A DNA stretch of 64,000 nucleotides from Bacteroidota bacterium. GTDB taxonomy: Bacteria; Bacteroidota; Bacteroidia; Chitinophagales; BACL12. Positions within the stretch are counted from its first letter, which is position 1, and each line of letters begins with the position of its first letter. Shown piece by piece: positions 27,637-36,690 of the stretch. The stretch is taken from contig WGOA01000029.1 of NCBI GenBank assembly GCA_016124275.1, forward strand, positions 58,877 to 122,876. The letters run 5' to 3'. The notes beneath the pieces are model-generated. The model saw nothing but the letters and a program-made list of their open reading frames with translations, was not told where the DNA came from and made no database searches. A program made the position numbers and the translations under genes.

Positions 27637-29220
27637 ATGGCAAAATCAGACGAATTCCGCGACCATATTCAGCAAGGCTACACCTTCAAAGACGACTCCA
27701 TCCTGCTTGGAGCCGCCATGCTCGAAGGCGAAGTGGTTTCCGGTGCGCAGGTCAGCGCGCCCCTTCGAACCTTTAACCGGCACGGACTCATTGCGGGCGC
27801 CACCGGAACGGGCAAAACCAAGACCCTGCAAAACATCGCGGAGCGCTTGAGCGAAAAGGGCGTGCCGGTGCTGCTGATGGACATCAAAGGCGACCTGAGC
27901 GGCCTGGCCGCCGCCGCTGCGGAGAACCCTAAAATTCACGAACGCCACGCTAAAATTGGCTCGCCCTGGAAGCCTATGCAGTACCCGGTGGAATTGCTCT
28001 CGCTATCCGGCGAGCCCGGTGCGCGCCTGCGGGCTACGGTCTCCGAGTTTGGGCCCGTGCTGTTCAGCAAAATTCTGGGCGTCAATGAAACGCAGGCTGG
28101 CGTCATCAGCCTGGTATTCAAATACTGCGACGACAAGCACCTGCCGCTGCTGGACCTGAAAGACTTTCGCAAAGCGCTGCAGTTCCTGACCTACGACGGC
28201 AAGGATGAAATTGCAGGCGAATACGGCGCCATTAGCCCCGCGTCGTCCGGGGCTATCCTAAGAAAGGTGGTGGAACTGGAAGAGCAGGATGCGGATGTGT
28301 TTTTTGGCGAAAAGTCGTTCGATGTCCAAGACCTGCTCAGAACCGATGACCGGGGAATGGGCCTCATTCACATTGTGCGGCTGACCGACATCCAGGACCG
28401 GCCAAAGCTGTTCAGCACCTTCATGCTCAGTTTGTTGGCCGAAGTGTACAGCACCCTGCCCGAAGTGGGCGACAAAGCCGACCCCAAGCTGATCATCTTT
28501 CTGGATGAAGCGCACCTGATTTTCAACGAGGCCTCCAAGGCCCTGTTGAGCCAGTTGGAAGCCATCGTCAAACTGATCCGTTCCAAAGGCGTCGGGCTGT
28601 TTTTCGTGACGCAATTGCCCACCGATGTGCCGGATGAAATTCTGAGCCAGTTGGGCATGAAAATCCAGCACGCGCTGCGGGCTTTTACCGCCAAGGACCG
28701 CCAGGCCATTAAGTTGACGGCCGAAAACTACCCGATAACCGCGTATTACGACACAGCTACCGTGCTGACCCATTAGGGCATAGGCGAAGCGCTGGTCACG
28801 GTGCTCAACGAAAAGGGGATTCCCTCGCCGTTGGCCCATACCCTGCTGACCGCGCCATCTTCGCGGATGGATATTCTGAGCCCGGACGAAATTAAAGCGC
28901 TGGTGGCCGGTTCAAGGTTGGCTGCTACCTACAACCAGGTCGTGGACCGCGAAAGCGCCTACGAAATTCTGCAGGCCAAAATGGACCGCGCCAGCACGGA
29001 TGCCGAAGCCGCCAAAAAAGCCGAAGAGGCCCAAAAAGAGGCCGAAAAGGCCGCTAAGGCTGCCCCCGCACGAAGTCCTGCCAGCGGCTCAACCCGCGGC
29101 GCAGGCAGCAGGAGCCGCAGCAAATCGCCGTTGGAAGAACTGGCCGGCAGCCGGGCTACCCAAACCATTTTGCGCGAAGTGACCCGCGGGCTGCTGGGCG
29201 CTTTTCTAAAACGGCGTTGA
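27637..29220 (+). pseudogene. DUF853/HerA-like P-loop ATPase (YjgR family) interrupted by one in-frame TAG
   Basis: ORFs 27637..28776 and 28801..29220 are in the same frame. The only interruption is the TAG at 28774-28776 (..TATVLTH*GIGEALVTVLNEKG..). Walker A GATGTGKT and Walker B LIIFLDEAH are in the first part. The second part continues the family's C-terminal region. Confidence 0.7.
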
Positions 29221-29316
29221 GCGCCGGGCAGGCATGCCAGGCGGTTAACTAAGGCGTCTCTCTGAACTTCACGCCAAGGCGTGTCGCTGACCGTCACGCG
29301 CTACCTTTGCGCTTCC

Positions 29317-30192
29317 ATGGCCCTCCCCTTTCTCCCGTTTAACCGACCTGGCTCCAGCGCCAATCCCACCAGCCAGGCCAGGGAGATGTCGTTCATTGAG
29401 CATCTGGAGGAATTGCGCTGGCACATCATGCGGGCCGTGCTGGTTATTCTGGGCTTCACCATTCTGGTTTTTGTGGCGAAAAGTTTTGTTTTTGACACGG
29501 TCATCTTCGGACCCAAAAACACCGAATTTCTTTCGTACCGGGCGCTGTGCTGGCTATCGTACCAAATTGGCCTGGGCGAATCCATGTGCATTGTGCCGCC
29601 GGATTTTGCTATCGCCAACTTCAGCATGATGGGTGAATTCATGGCCCACATGCAAATTTCACTTATAATAGGTTTTGTTATTTCTTTTCCGTATATTCTC
29701 TGGGAATTCTGGCGCTTCATCCGGCCGGGGCTTTACGAAAAAGAAATTCGCACCACCCAGGGCCTGGTGGGGTATTGCTCCATGCTGTTTTTGCTGGGCA
29801 TCAGTTTCGGTTACTTTATCATCGTGCCCTTTTCCATCAATTTTCTGGTGCCCTATTCCATCAGTGACCAGGTGGCCGACTACATCCAGCTCAGCGATTA
29901 CATCAGTTTTATGGCCATGACGGTGCTTGCCGCGGGCATCATGTTTGAGTTGCCCATGATCATCTACTTTCTGGCCAAGTTGGGCATCGTCTCCGCAGCG
30001 TTTCTGCGCAGTTACCGGCGGCATGCCATCATCATAATTCTTGTGGTTTCTGCCGTCATCACCCCTCCGGATGCGTTGAGCCAGATTCTGATTTTCCTTC
30101 CCGTGCAATTCCTCTACGAGATTGGAATTGTAATCGCGTCCAGGATTGAAAAAAAGCGATTGAAAGAGGATTTGGAGCGCTACGGGTCCTGA
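29317..30192 (+). CDS. tatC: Twin-arginine translocase subunit TatC
   Basis: The track ORF starts at 29281. ATGs at 29317 and 29386 are candidate starts. MSFIEHLEELRWHI signature and six predicted TM segments. Confidence 0.9.
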   Translation: MALPFLPFNRPGSSANPTSQAREMSFIEHLEELRWHIMRAVLVILGFTILVFVAKSFVFDTVIFGPKNTEFLSYRALCWLSYQIGLGESMCIVPPDFAIANFSMMGEFMAHMQISLIIGFVISFPYILWEFWRFIRPGLYEKEIRTTQGLVGYCSMLFLLGISFGYFIIVPFSINFLVPYSISDQVADYIQLSDYISFMAMTVLAAGIMFELPMIIYFLAKLGIVSAAFLRSYRRHAIIIILVVSAVITPPDALSQILIFLPVQFLYEIGIVIASRIEKKRLKEDLERYGS

Positions 30193-30337
30193 ACCTGAAT
30201 CCTTTCTGAGCCCGAAGGCCCTGTTTAACGGCGCAAAAGCCTTTCCCCAAGCCTAGGCCATAGCCCAGACCCTGCTCAAACCTTTAACATTACGGGCAAT
30301 CTGGAAACCGCTTTGAAGGCTGTATTTTTGCATTCCC

Positions 30338-30784
30338 ATGACCATTTCGGCGATAGCGATCGGATGCGATCACGCGGGATTCCCGCTTAAAGACCCCCTG
30401 ATTGCCTGGGCCCGCGAACGCGGGTTCATGGTGCAGGATTTCGGAACCCATTCTACCGAGTCGGTGGACTACCCCGATTTTGTGCACCCGGTAGCCCGGG
30501 CGGTTCAGGAGCAGGAGCAAACCTGGGGCATTCTGATTTGCGGCAGCGCCAACGGAGTGGCCATTACGGCCAACAAGCACGCCGGAATAAGGGCAGCCAT
30601 TGCCTGGATGCCGGAGATTGCCCAACTGGCCCGCCAACACAATGACGCCAACGTGCTCTGCCTGCCAGCCCGCTATTTGGCGGTGGACGAAGCGCTGGCC
30701 ATTGCTGAGCTGTTCTTTTCCACGCAGTTCGAAGGGGGCCGTCACGAAGCGCGAGTGCGCAAAATTGCCCCTGGTTTTCGCTAA
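30338..30784 (+). CDS. rpiB: Ribose-5-phosphate isomerase B
   Basis: 148 aa. IGCDHAGFPLK and ICGSANGVAITANKH motifs. Confidence 0.9.
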   Translation: MTISAIAIGCDHAGFPLKDPLIAWARERGFMVQDFGTHSTESVDYPDFVHPVARAVQEQEQTWGILICGSANGVAITANKHAGIRAAIAWMPEIAQLARQHNDANVLCLPARYLAVDEALAIAELFFSTQFEGGRHEARVRKIAPGFR

Positions 30785-30793
30785 AATGCCGCT

Positions 30794-32533
30794 TTGGTCA
30801 CGCCACGGATAAGCCCTTTTGTGCCCTTCATCCCGTTGTTCCTAAACCGTTTAAAGCTCAACCTTTTGTTCGCAAAACAAATCCTCCCGCTTGCTCTGAG
30901 CCTGGCCCTTGTGCAGCCGGCTATGGCACAAACCCTTTCAGGCCAAAATGCGGCCATCACCCAGCCGGTCGATCGCAACCAAGAGCCCTTGCTTCCTCGT
31001 TCGGGCGCTGATCAGCCAGCCCCGGTTGACCCTCTGGTTTCCGCGGCGGCAACCATTACCGATCAAGAGTTGCAGGAGCACCTCTACCTTTTTGCGTCCG
31101 AAGAGATGCAGGGCCGGGGTACCGGTCTGGAAGGCCAGCGCAGAGCGGCGAACTACCTGGAAACGGAGTTCAAAGCTATGGGGTTGAAGCCTGTGGGGAA
31201 CTTGCCCGGGTACCGACAGCCCTTCGACCTAAAAGAGGAATCCTGGGGCGACGTCTACGTGGAGTCGGGCGGGCAGCGCTACGCGTTTTTGAAGGATTTC
31301 TACGCCTACCCCGGCATGAACAACCCGGTTGATCTGCAGGCGGATGGTTTTGTTTTTCTGGGCTACGGCATTGACGACTCGCTCTACAGCGATTACGCCG
31401 GAATGGATGTCCAGGGAAAGGTTTTGGTGATCATGGCAGGGGAGCCGCAAAACAAAGAGGGCAACTATTGGCTCACCGGCACGAACCAGCGCAGCGACTG
31501 GTCCATGAACTGGCGCAAGAAATTGGGCGTGGCCACTGAAAAAGGCGCGCGGGCATTGCTGGTCATCAGCACCCTGGCCGAAGGGCAATTGCAACAGAAG
31601 AATTTTGTCAATTACCTGAACAACCCCGACATGCAATTGGCCAGCGAAACGGAGGGCAGCCCTTACGTGAACTCCTTGTACCTGACGGTAGCGACAGGAA
31701 AAGGGCTTTTTGGCAAACAGGTAAAAGTGATGGATAAGGGGCTGAAGAAAATCAATGAAAAGTTTGAACCGGCTTCGCGCGAGATCCGAAATGCCCTGGC
31801 CATCAAGGTTCAAAAACAGATCAATTCCGTGACCTCTGACAACGTCTTGGGCATGGTTCCCGGAACGGATCGGGCCGATGAATACATTGTGGTCACCGCC
31901 CACTACGACCACCTGGGTTTTGACAGCACGGGCATTTATTACGGCGCTGATGATGACGGCTCCGGAACCGTGGCCCTCCTGGAGATCGCCGAAGCCGTGC
32001 AATATGCGGCTGCGCAAGGGTTAAAACCCCGCCGAAACATCATTTTCATGGCGGTATCTGGCGAAGAAAAGGGGCTGTTGGGCTCTGAGTTTTACACGGA
32101 CAATCCCGCCGTGCCGCTGGAACAAACCGTCACCAACCTGAACATTGACATGGTGGGCCGGATTGACAAAGAGCACGAAGAGAACCCTTTTTACGTATAC
32201 ATTATTGGCTCAGACTTTCTGAGCACTGAACTGCACGCGCTCAGCGAAACGGCCGCAACAACGTACCCAAGCGTTTCGCTCGATTACAAGTACAACAACA
32301 CCACCGACCCCAACCGGTACTACTACCGCTCTGACCATTACAACTTTGCCAAAAACAACATCCCGATCATCTTTTACATGAACGGTAACCACAACGATTA
32401 TCACCAAATCACGGATACTCCGGACAAAATTCGCTACGATGTCCTACAAGCGCGTGCTCGGCTTATCTTCCACACGCTTTGGTTGGTTTCACAAGCCGAC
32501 AAACGGCCAATCGTGGACGGCGAAACCAACTAG
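30794..32533 (+). CDS. Secreted M28 family metallopeptidase with a PA domain
   Basis: 579 aa from the TTG at 30794. An in-frame TTG at 30866 would give a cleaner signal peptide ending AMA|Q. M28 motifs AHYDHLG, GADDDGSGTVALLEIAE, SGEEKGLLGS, NIDMVG and SDHYNFA. Confidence 0.8.
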   Translation: MVTPRISPFVPFIPLFLNRLKLNLLFAKQILPLALSLALVQPAMAQTLSGQNAAITQPVDRNQEPLLPRSGADQPAPVDPLVSAAATITDQELQEHLYLFASEEMQGRGTGLEGQRRAANYLETEFKAMGLKPVGNLPGYRQPFDLKEESWGDVYVESGGQRYAFLKDFYAYPGMNNPVDLQADGFVFLGYGIDDSLYSDYAGMDVQGKVLVIMAGEPQNKEGNYWLTGTNQRSDWSMNWRKKLGVATEKGARALLVISTLAEGQLQQKNFVNYLNNPDMQLASETEGSPYVNSLYLTVATGKGLFGKQVKVMDKGLKKINEKFEPASREIRNALAIKVQKQINSVTSDNVLGMVPGTDRADEYIVVTAHYDHLGFDSTGIYYGADDDGSGTVALLEIAEAVQYAAAQGLKPRRNIIFMAVSGEEKGLLGSEFYTDNPAVPLEQTVTNLNIDMVGRIDKEHEENPFYVYIIGSDFLSTELHALSETAATTYPSVSLDYKYNNTTDPNRYYYRSDHYNFAKNNIPIIFYMNGNHNDYHQITDTPDKIRYDVLQARARLIFHTLWLVSQADKRPIVDGETN

Positions 32534-32589
32534 ACAAAGGGCAACGCTAAAAAATCATTAAGCTGATTATCAAGCTTTTGAGACATTTT

Positions 32590-32619
32590 GCGCAACGGCT
32601 TGAGTTGCGCTTATCTTTG
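32590..32619 (+). terminator. Rho-independent terminator candidate after the M28 peptidase gene
   Basis: GCGCAAC-GGCTTGA-GTTGCGC stem-loop followed by TTATCTTTG. Confidence 0.4.
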
Positions 32620-32650
32620 CGGTGCTTAAACCTTTCAAATCATTACGCCA

Positions 32651-33532
32651 GTGCTGTTACTCGTTGCTGAAAAATTGACGGTTACCGAGCTTTTCGGCCA
32701 GATTCCGCCTGTGATCCACTACGCGGCCCCCATCATGCTCTTTTTTGTGCTGCTGGAGGTAATCATAGGGCAGATCCAAAACAGGCAGCAATACACGGGC
32801 AAGGATTTCTTTGCCTCTCTGGGCATCGGACTGGGCAACCTGGGGGTGACCGCCCTGGTCAAAGTGGGGTTGTACTCCGTGCTGTTGGTGTTGTACAACA
32901 TGCTTCCGTGGAAGGGCTGGTTGCCCGGTTACGGCGAAGCTGGCTCTATCATTACCTGGGTAAGCTGCCTGGTGGCCATCGACTTTTCGCGCTATTGGGC
33001 TCACCGCATTGCGCACGAGCAGCGTTTCTGGTGGGCTACGCACGTTACTCACCACAGTTCAGAACAGTACAATTTCTCGGTATCGTTCCGCCTTTCCTGG
33101 ACGCAGCACATTAAGCTCATCTTTTTCCTCCCCGCCGTTATGGTTGGTTTTGATCCGGTCATCTTTTTTATCTGTACCCAGATTGAGACGCTCTACCAGT
33201 TCTGGATCCACACGGAATTCATCAAGAAGTTGCCCGCTCCGATTGAGTACTTCTTTACTACGCCTTCGCACCACCGCGTTCACCACGCCATCAACGAGCG
33301 CTACATTGACAAGAACTACGGCTCAACGCTGATCATTTGGGACCGTATGTTCGGCACCTTTCAGGAGGAAGATGAAAAACCCATCTACGGCATCACCACA
33401 CCGGTGGGCTCTTACAACCCGGTGTACCTGGTGTTTCACGAGTGGATGGACATCTTCCGCGACATGCAGCGCTCCCAGGGTGTTCGCAACAAACTCAAAA
33501 TGTTGTTCGGCCGTCCGAGTGTCAAGAGCTGA
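32651..33532 (+). CDS. Sterol desaturase / fatty acid hydroxylase family membrane protein
   Basis: 293 aa with a GTG start. Histidine boxes HRIAHE, HVTHHS and HHRVHH. N-terminal TM segments. Confidence 0.8.
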   Translation: MLLLVAEKLTVTELFGQIPPVIHYAAPIMLFFVLLEVIIGQIQNRQQYTGKDFFASLGIGLGNLGVTALVKVGLYSVLLVLYNMLPWKGWLPGYGEAGSIITWVSCLVAIDFSRYWAHRIAHEQRFWWATHVTHHSSEQYNFSVSFRLSWTQHIKLIFFLPAVMVGFDPVIFFICTQIETLYQFWIHTEFIKKLPAPIEYFFTTPSHHRVHHAINERYIDKNYGSTLIIWDRMFGTFQEEDEKPIYGITTPVGSYNPVYLVFHEWMDIFRDMQRSQGVRNKLKMLFGRPSVKS

Positions 33533-33589
33533 GGCTCCATAATTTTTGGCCCGGCGTTTGCGTTCCTGGTTGGTCTAAGCAGCCAATCT

Positions 33590-34348
33590 ATGCAAAAGGG
33601 TCCTTCGCTTCCGCTCGTCCTGCTTGCCTTCGGGGTTTTTCCGATCCTCAGTTTTTCATGGTCTGTGCACCGCGCAGGTTATGGATTGCCGCAGCGCAGT
33701 GCGGCATTGACCTCCCTGGCCCGCCAACAGGCATTGCCCGGATTCAGCGGCTGGCTGGTCAAACAGCAATGGACCGCGCTGCCCAATCCCGCTGAGACGG
33801 CTTTTGCCCGCAGAAACGAGAACCTCATTTCCCCGGAGCATCCTGCTGCAACCCGCGTCATTTGGCGCCAGGAGACCCCCCTCACCTGGGCGGACTTTCG
33901 AGGCAACCCGGAGCCCCACACCGGCGTGGACGCACTCAGCTCCTGCGGCCTTACTTGCGACCCGGAACTCAGCCGAAACGGAGAGCTCCGCTTTGATGTC
34001 ATGGCCTTTTTCAGCCCAACCGATTCCTGGGTGGATGAGCCTGATGCCAGCGGCCAGCTCCTCAAGCACGAGCAAGGCCATTTTGACATTGGCGAAATCT
34101 ACGCCCGAAAAATGCGCCGCCGCCTGGCCCGGACTTCCTTTGAGCGAAACCGGCTGAACCAGCAGATTTCGGCCATCTACGACCAAACGTTCAACGAATT
34201 CAAATCCGCACAGGAAGCCTATGATGAGGTAACGGAGCATTCCACCCATCCTGAAGCGCAAAAAGAGTGGAACCGCTGGATTGCCGACGAGCTCAAGCGC
34301 TACGAGGCCTACCGCAGCCGGACGGTGCGCGCAAGGTTGTTGCCCTAG
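33590..34348 (+). CDS. DUF922-like putative zinc metallopeptidase
   Basis: 252 aa. N-terminal hydrophobic signal and an HEQGHFDI motif (HExxH-like), as I recall for DUF922. Confidence 0.6.
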   Translation: MQKGPSLPLVLLAFGVFPILSFSWSVHRAGYGLPQRSAALTSLARQQALPGFSGWLVKQQWTALPNPAETAFARRNENLISPEHPAATRVIWRQETPLTWADFRGNPEPHTGVDALSSCGLTCDPELSRNGELRFDVMAFFSPTDSWVDEPDASGQLLKHEQGHFDIGEIYARKMRRRLARTSFERNRLNQQISAIYDQTFNEFKSAQEAYDEVTEHSTHPEAQKEWNRWIADELKRYEAYRSRTVRARLLP

Positions 34349-34413
34349 CGCCTGACCGAAAATTTTGGGCATGGGGAAGGGGAAGCGTTTCTTTGTGCGA
34401 CTCCTACGCCCCC

Positions 34414-35583
34414 ATGAAGCTCGCCGTCCTTGAATTTGACTACCACGCCGAAGTGCTGCGCAACCTTTGCGAGGGGCTGGAAGGCAGCGGCATAGAGACG
34501 GTCATCTTTTGCACCGTAAGCATCGCGCGGACAGCCGGAGGAGCCGCGCGCTTTCCCGGCATCCACTGGGAATGCCCCGGGGCAGGCGAACATACCATAA
34601 GTTTTGTTACGCGAAAGCTCGCTGCCATCAACGCCTGCGATGCCGTGTTGTTCAACACGCTGGCTTCGAATTTTCGCTTTTTCAGCCAATTGGCGTTGAC
34701 CCCGCCGGTGGTGCTCCGCGTGCACAATGCAGCCACATACCTAAGCCCAAATCCGGAGTTCAAGCCCATCTTCACGCCCTTCTTTTTGTGGAAAGACGCC
34801 AGCCACCTGCTGCGCAAAACGCTCGGTGAGCGAGAAGCTTTCTGGCGAACCAAATTCGTGCAGCGCGTAGACTACTTCTGTTTTCCGGACGCCGCGCTCG
34901 AAGCGTCGGTACGCGAAAAAGGCTGGCTGGAAGGTCGCCAAACGATGGCTCCGTTGCCCTTCACGGTGCACGAGCCTGGTCACCGCAAGGCGCCTCAATC
35001 CGGGCATCGTGCACTGACCGTCATTGGTAGTATAGATCCCCGGCGAAGGGATTATGCCGCGCTGCTCGACGCCCTGGAATCCATTCAGGTTGATCTGCGC
35101 AGTGAGTGCACGCTTACATTGTTGGGACGGCCTCGGGGTTCCTATGGCCAAAAATTGTTAAAGCGTTTCCAGCGCCTGCAAAGCGCCCATTTTACCGTCA
35201 ACACCTATACAGCTTTTGTGCCCCAGGAAGAGTTTGAACGCGTGTTGCGCGACACCGATTTTCTGGTCATCCCCGCCTTGGACAAAACGCGCTATACGCT
35301 GTACACCGAACAGTACGGGCAAACGAAAATAAGCGGAAACGTATATGATATGATTCGCTACGGAAAACCCACCATCATGCCGGAACATTACCGCCTGGAC
35401 CCCGATGTGGCTACCATGACCGCGCGCTACCGGAGCAAGGCAGAACTGGCTCGTCACCTTAAAAATTGGATCGATGACGATGGACTCCAGCCCCATGTGG
35501 CCGCCGTGGACCATGCCGTAGCCCGCTTTCTGCGCCCCGCTGTGCAGGAGCAAATGCGCCTAAGTTTTGCGGAGCTTTTTTAA
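34414..35583 (+). CDS. Hypothetical protein, possibly a GT-B-fold glycosyltransferase-like protein
   Basis: The track ORF starts at 34267 and overlaps the upstream gene. The ATG at 34414 gives MKLAVLEFDYHAEVL. The two-lobe alpha/beta-like sequence is a weak impression only. Confidence 0.45.
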   Translation: MKLAVLEFDYHAEVLRNLCEGLEGSGIETVIFCTVSIARTAGGAARFPGIHWECPGAGEHTISFVTRKLAAINACDAVLFNTLASNFRFFSQLALTPPVVLRVHNAATYLSPNPEFKPIFTPFFLWKDASHLLRKTLGEREAFWRTKFVQRVDYFCFPDAALEASVREKGWLEGRQTMAPLPFTVHEPGHRKAPQSGHRALTVIGSIDPRRRDYAALLDALESIQVDLRSECTLTLLGRPRGSYGQKLLKRFQRLQSAHFTVNTYTAFVPQEEFERVLRDTDFLVIPALDKTRYTLYTEQYGQTKISGNVYDMIRYGKPTIMPEHYRLDPDVATMTARYRSKAELARHLKNWIDDDGLQPHVAAVDHAVARFLRPAVQEQMRLSFAELF

Positions 35584-35636
35584 AAGCAGCAATTTGGCAT
35601 AACGAAGTATCTGGAGTTTTTAGGAGTACCCAACCG

Positions 35637-36194
35637 TTACTGGTCCAGGTCCGTTTCAATAGCCATAACCTGTCCGAGTGCCCGCATAATGGCCTGCTCG
35701 GACGAGCCAAAACGCATGACTGCTACCAGCCCTGGGCTGTACAGATGCAGTTCGAGCTCCGGGTTGCCCATCAGCCAGCGCAAGCCTTGCCCGGGCTCAA
35801 AGCGAGCGCCGTAGCGGTTGCGCCATTTCTTGCCTTTGGGCTCTACAAAGTAGCGTTCGGAAACCGCCGTAGCACCGAGCCGGGCTCCGGCGGCCACCAG
35901 CACAGCGCTGTCCACCTGGCGCAACGCATTAGCGGAAGGAAGCGTAAAGGCCACCGTAAAGAAACTGGGTACGCTGGCGGTGGAGTCGCGATAATCCAGC
36001 GTGAAGTCCGCTACGCCCTTCGAACTGCTTTCTTGCCCGTCCGCCATGCGAACCTCCGCCTTAAACGCCTGAGGCTCAATGAAATACATGGTCCCCTCCG
36101 GATGGTCGCGGCGGATGTAGGACTTTTCGGGCTTCTGCGCGTGCAGTGTAGGCACGGCAACTATTCCCAACAAACAAAAAAACAAGTACCCCAA
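35637..36194 (-). CDS. Hypothetical secreted protein
   Basis: The track ORF runs to 36425 and overlaps the TRL gene. The in-frame TTG at 36194 gives a signal peptide (GYLFFCLLGIVAVPTLHA|QKPEK). The alternative ATG at 36089 is preceded by GGAGG. The start is unresolved. Confidence 0.45.
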   Translation of the reverse strand: MGYLFFCLLGIVAVPTLHAQKPEKSYIRRDHPEGTMYFIEPQAFKAEVRMADGQESSSKGVADFTLDYRDSTASVPSFFTVAFTLPSANALRQVDSAVLVAAGARLGATAVSERYFVEPKGKKWRNRYGARFEPGQGLRWLMGNPELELHLYSPGLVAVMRFGSSEQAIMRALGQVMAIETDLDQ

Positions 36195-36211
36195 AATTGC
36201 TTTTGGGGTAC
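36171..36211 (-). terminator. Strong Rho-independent terminator after the TRL-like gene
   Basis: Perfect 11-bp stem GTACCCCAAAA-GCAA-TTTTGGGGTAC, followed on the minus strand by TTGTTTTTTTGTTTG. Confidence 0.6.
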
Positions 36212-36237
36212 TTATAGTAAGGTGCACGTTTTGAAGA

Positions 36238-36555
36238 TTACTCACCGTAAACGTAAACCGTGTACTTGGCATAGAGACCCAGAATAGACATAACATGCAT
36301 GTCAACATGGGAGATCTTGCTGATGCCGCCATTCTTGGCAGCTTCGTTGATGCCGGCATCGCCCGTGGCCACGAGGCCCAGGATGCTGGTAACTTCCGCA
36401 GTCCCGACCTTGGAACCCACACCATTGGCAGTGGCTTCTACAGGGGTCGTGACATCGCTGTACAAAGCGCCGTACATGCCGGAAAATCCACAGCCGGGCA
36501 ACAGAACAGCAACAACAGCCAAGGCCAGCAGGGTGTTAATGGCTTTTTTGATCAT
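36238..36555 (-). CDS. TRL-like family small lipoprotein
   Basis: 105 aa. Lipobox LLPGCG. Gly/Ala-rich body ending YAKYTVYVYGE, as I recall for TRL-domain proteins of Bacteroidota. Confidence 0.65.
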   Translation of the reverse strand: MIKKAINTLLALAVVAVLLPGCGFSGMYGALYSDVTTPVEATANGVGSKVGTAEVTSILGLVATGDAGINEAAKNGGISKISHVDMHVMSILGLYAKYTVYVYGE

Positions 36556-36690
36556 AGGGGTAAAGATTTATTGAACAATGCCGCAAAGATGCGGCAGGAT
36601 GCCTGAAGGAAAAAACGATGCCCTTCACCCGAATTGGGGATTCTGTGCCCTTCTGTGCTGATTGAGGTATTTTTAGCCCGCAATCGAACC

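Noticed and set aside
27637-29220. HerA-like ATPase as part of a defence system (for example Sir2/HerA or DUF4297/HerA)
   Set aside because: It is the DUF853/YjgR type, flanked by radA and tatC, with no Sir2, nuclease or DUF4297 partner.
30323-30330. TATTTTTG upstream of rpiB as a Bacteroidota -7 promoter box (TAnnTTTG)
   Set aside because: It matches the consensus but lies only 8 nt from the ATG, and I could not find a -33 TTG at appropriate spacing. This is too weak to annotate.
35637-36425. Full 262-aa version of the ORF downstream of the TRL gene
   Set aside because: It would overlap the TRL gene by about 190 nt and run through its terminator. The upstream part has no protein-like features, so shorter starts are preferred.
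36579-36596. Hairpin TGCCGCA-AAGA-TGCGGCA between the TRL gene and lutB
   Set aside because: It has a short 7-bp stem, no T-tract, and sits between divergent starts. No known regulatory motif was recognised.
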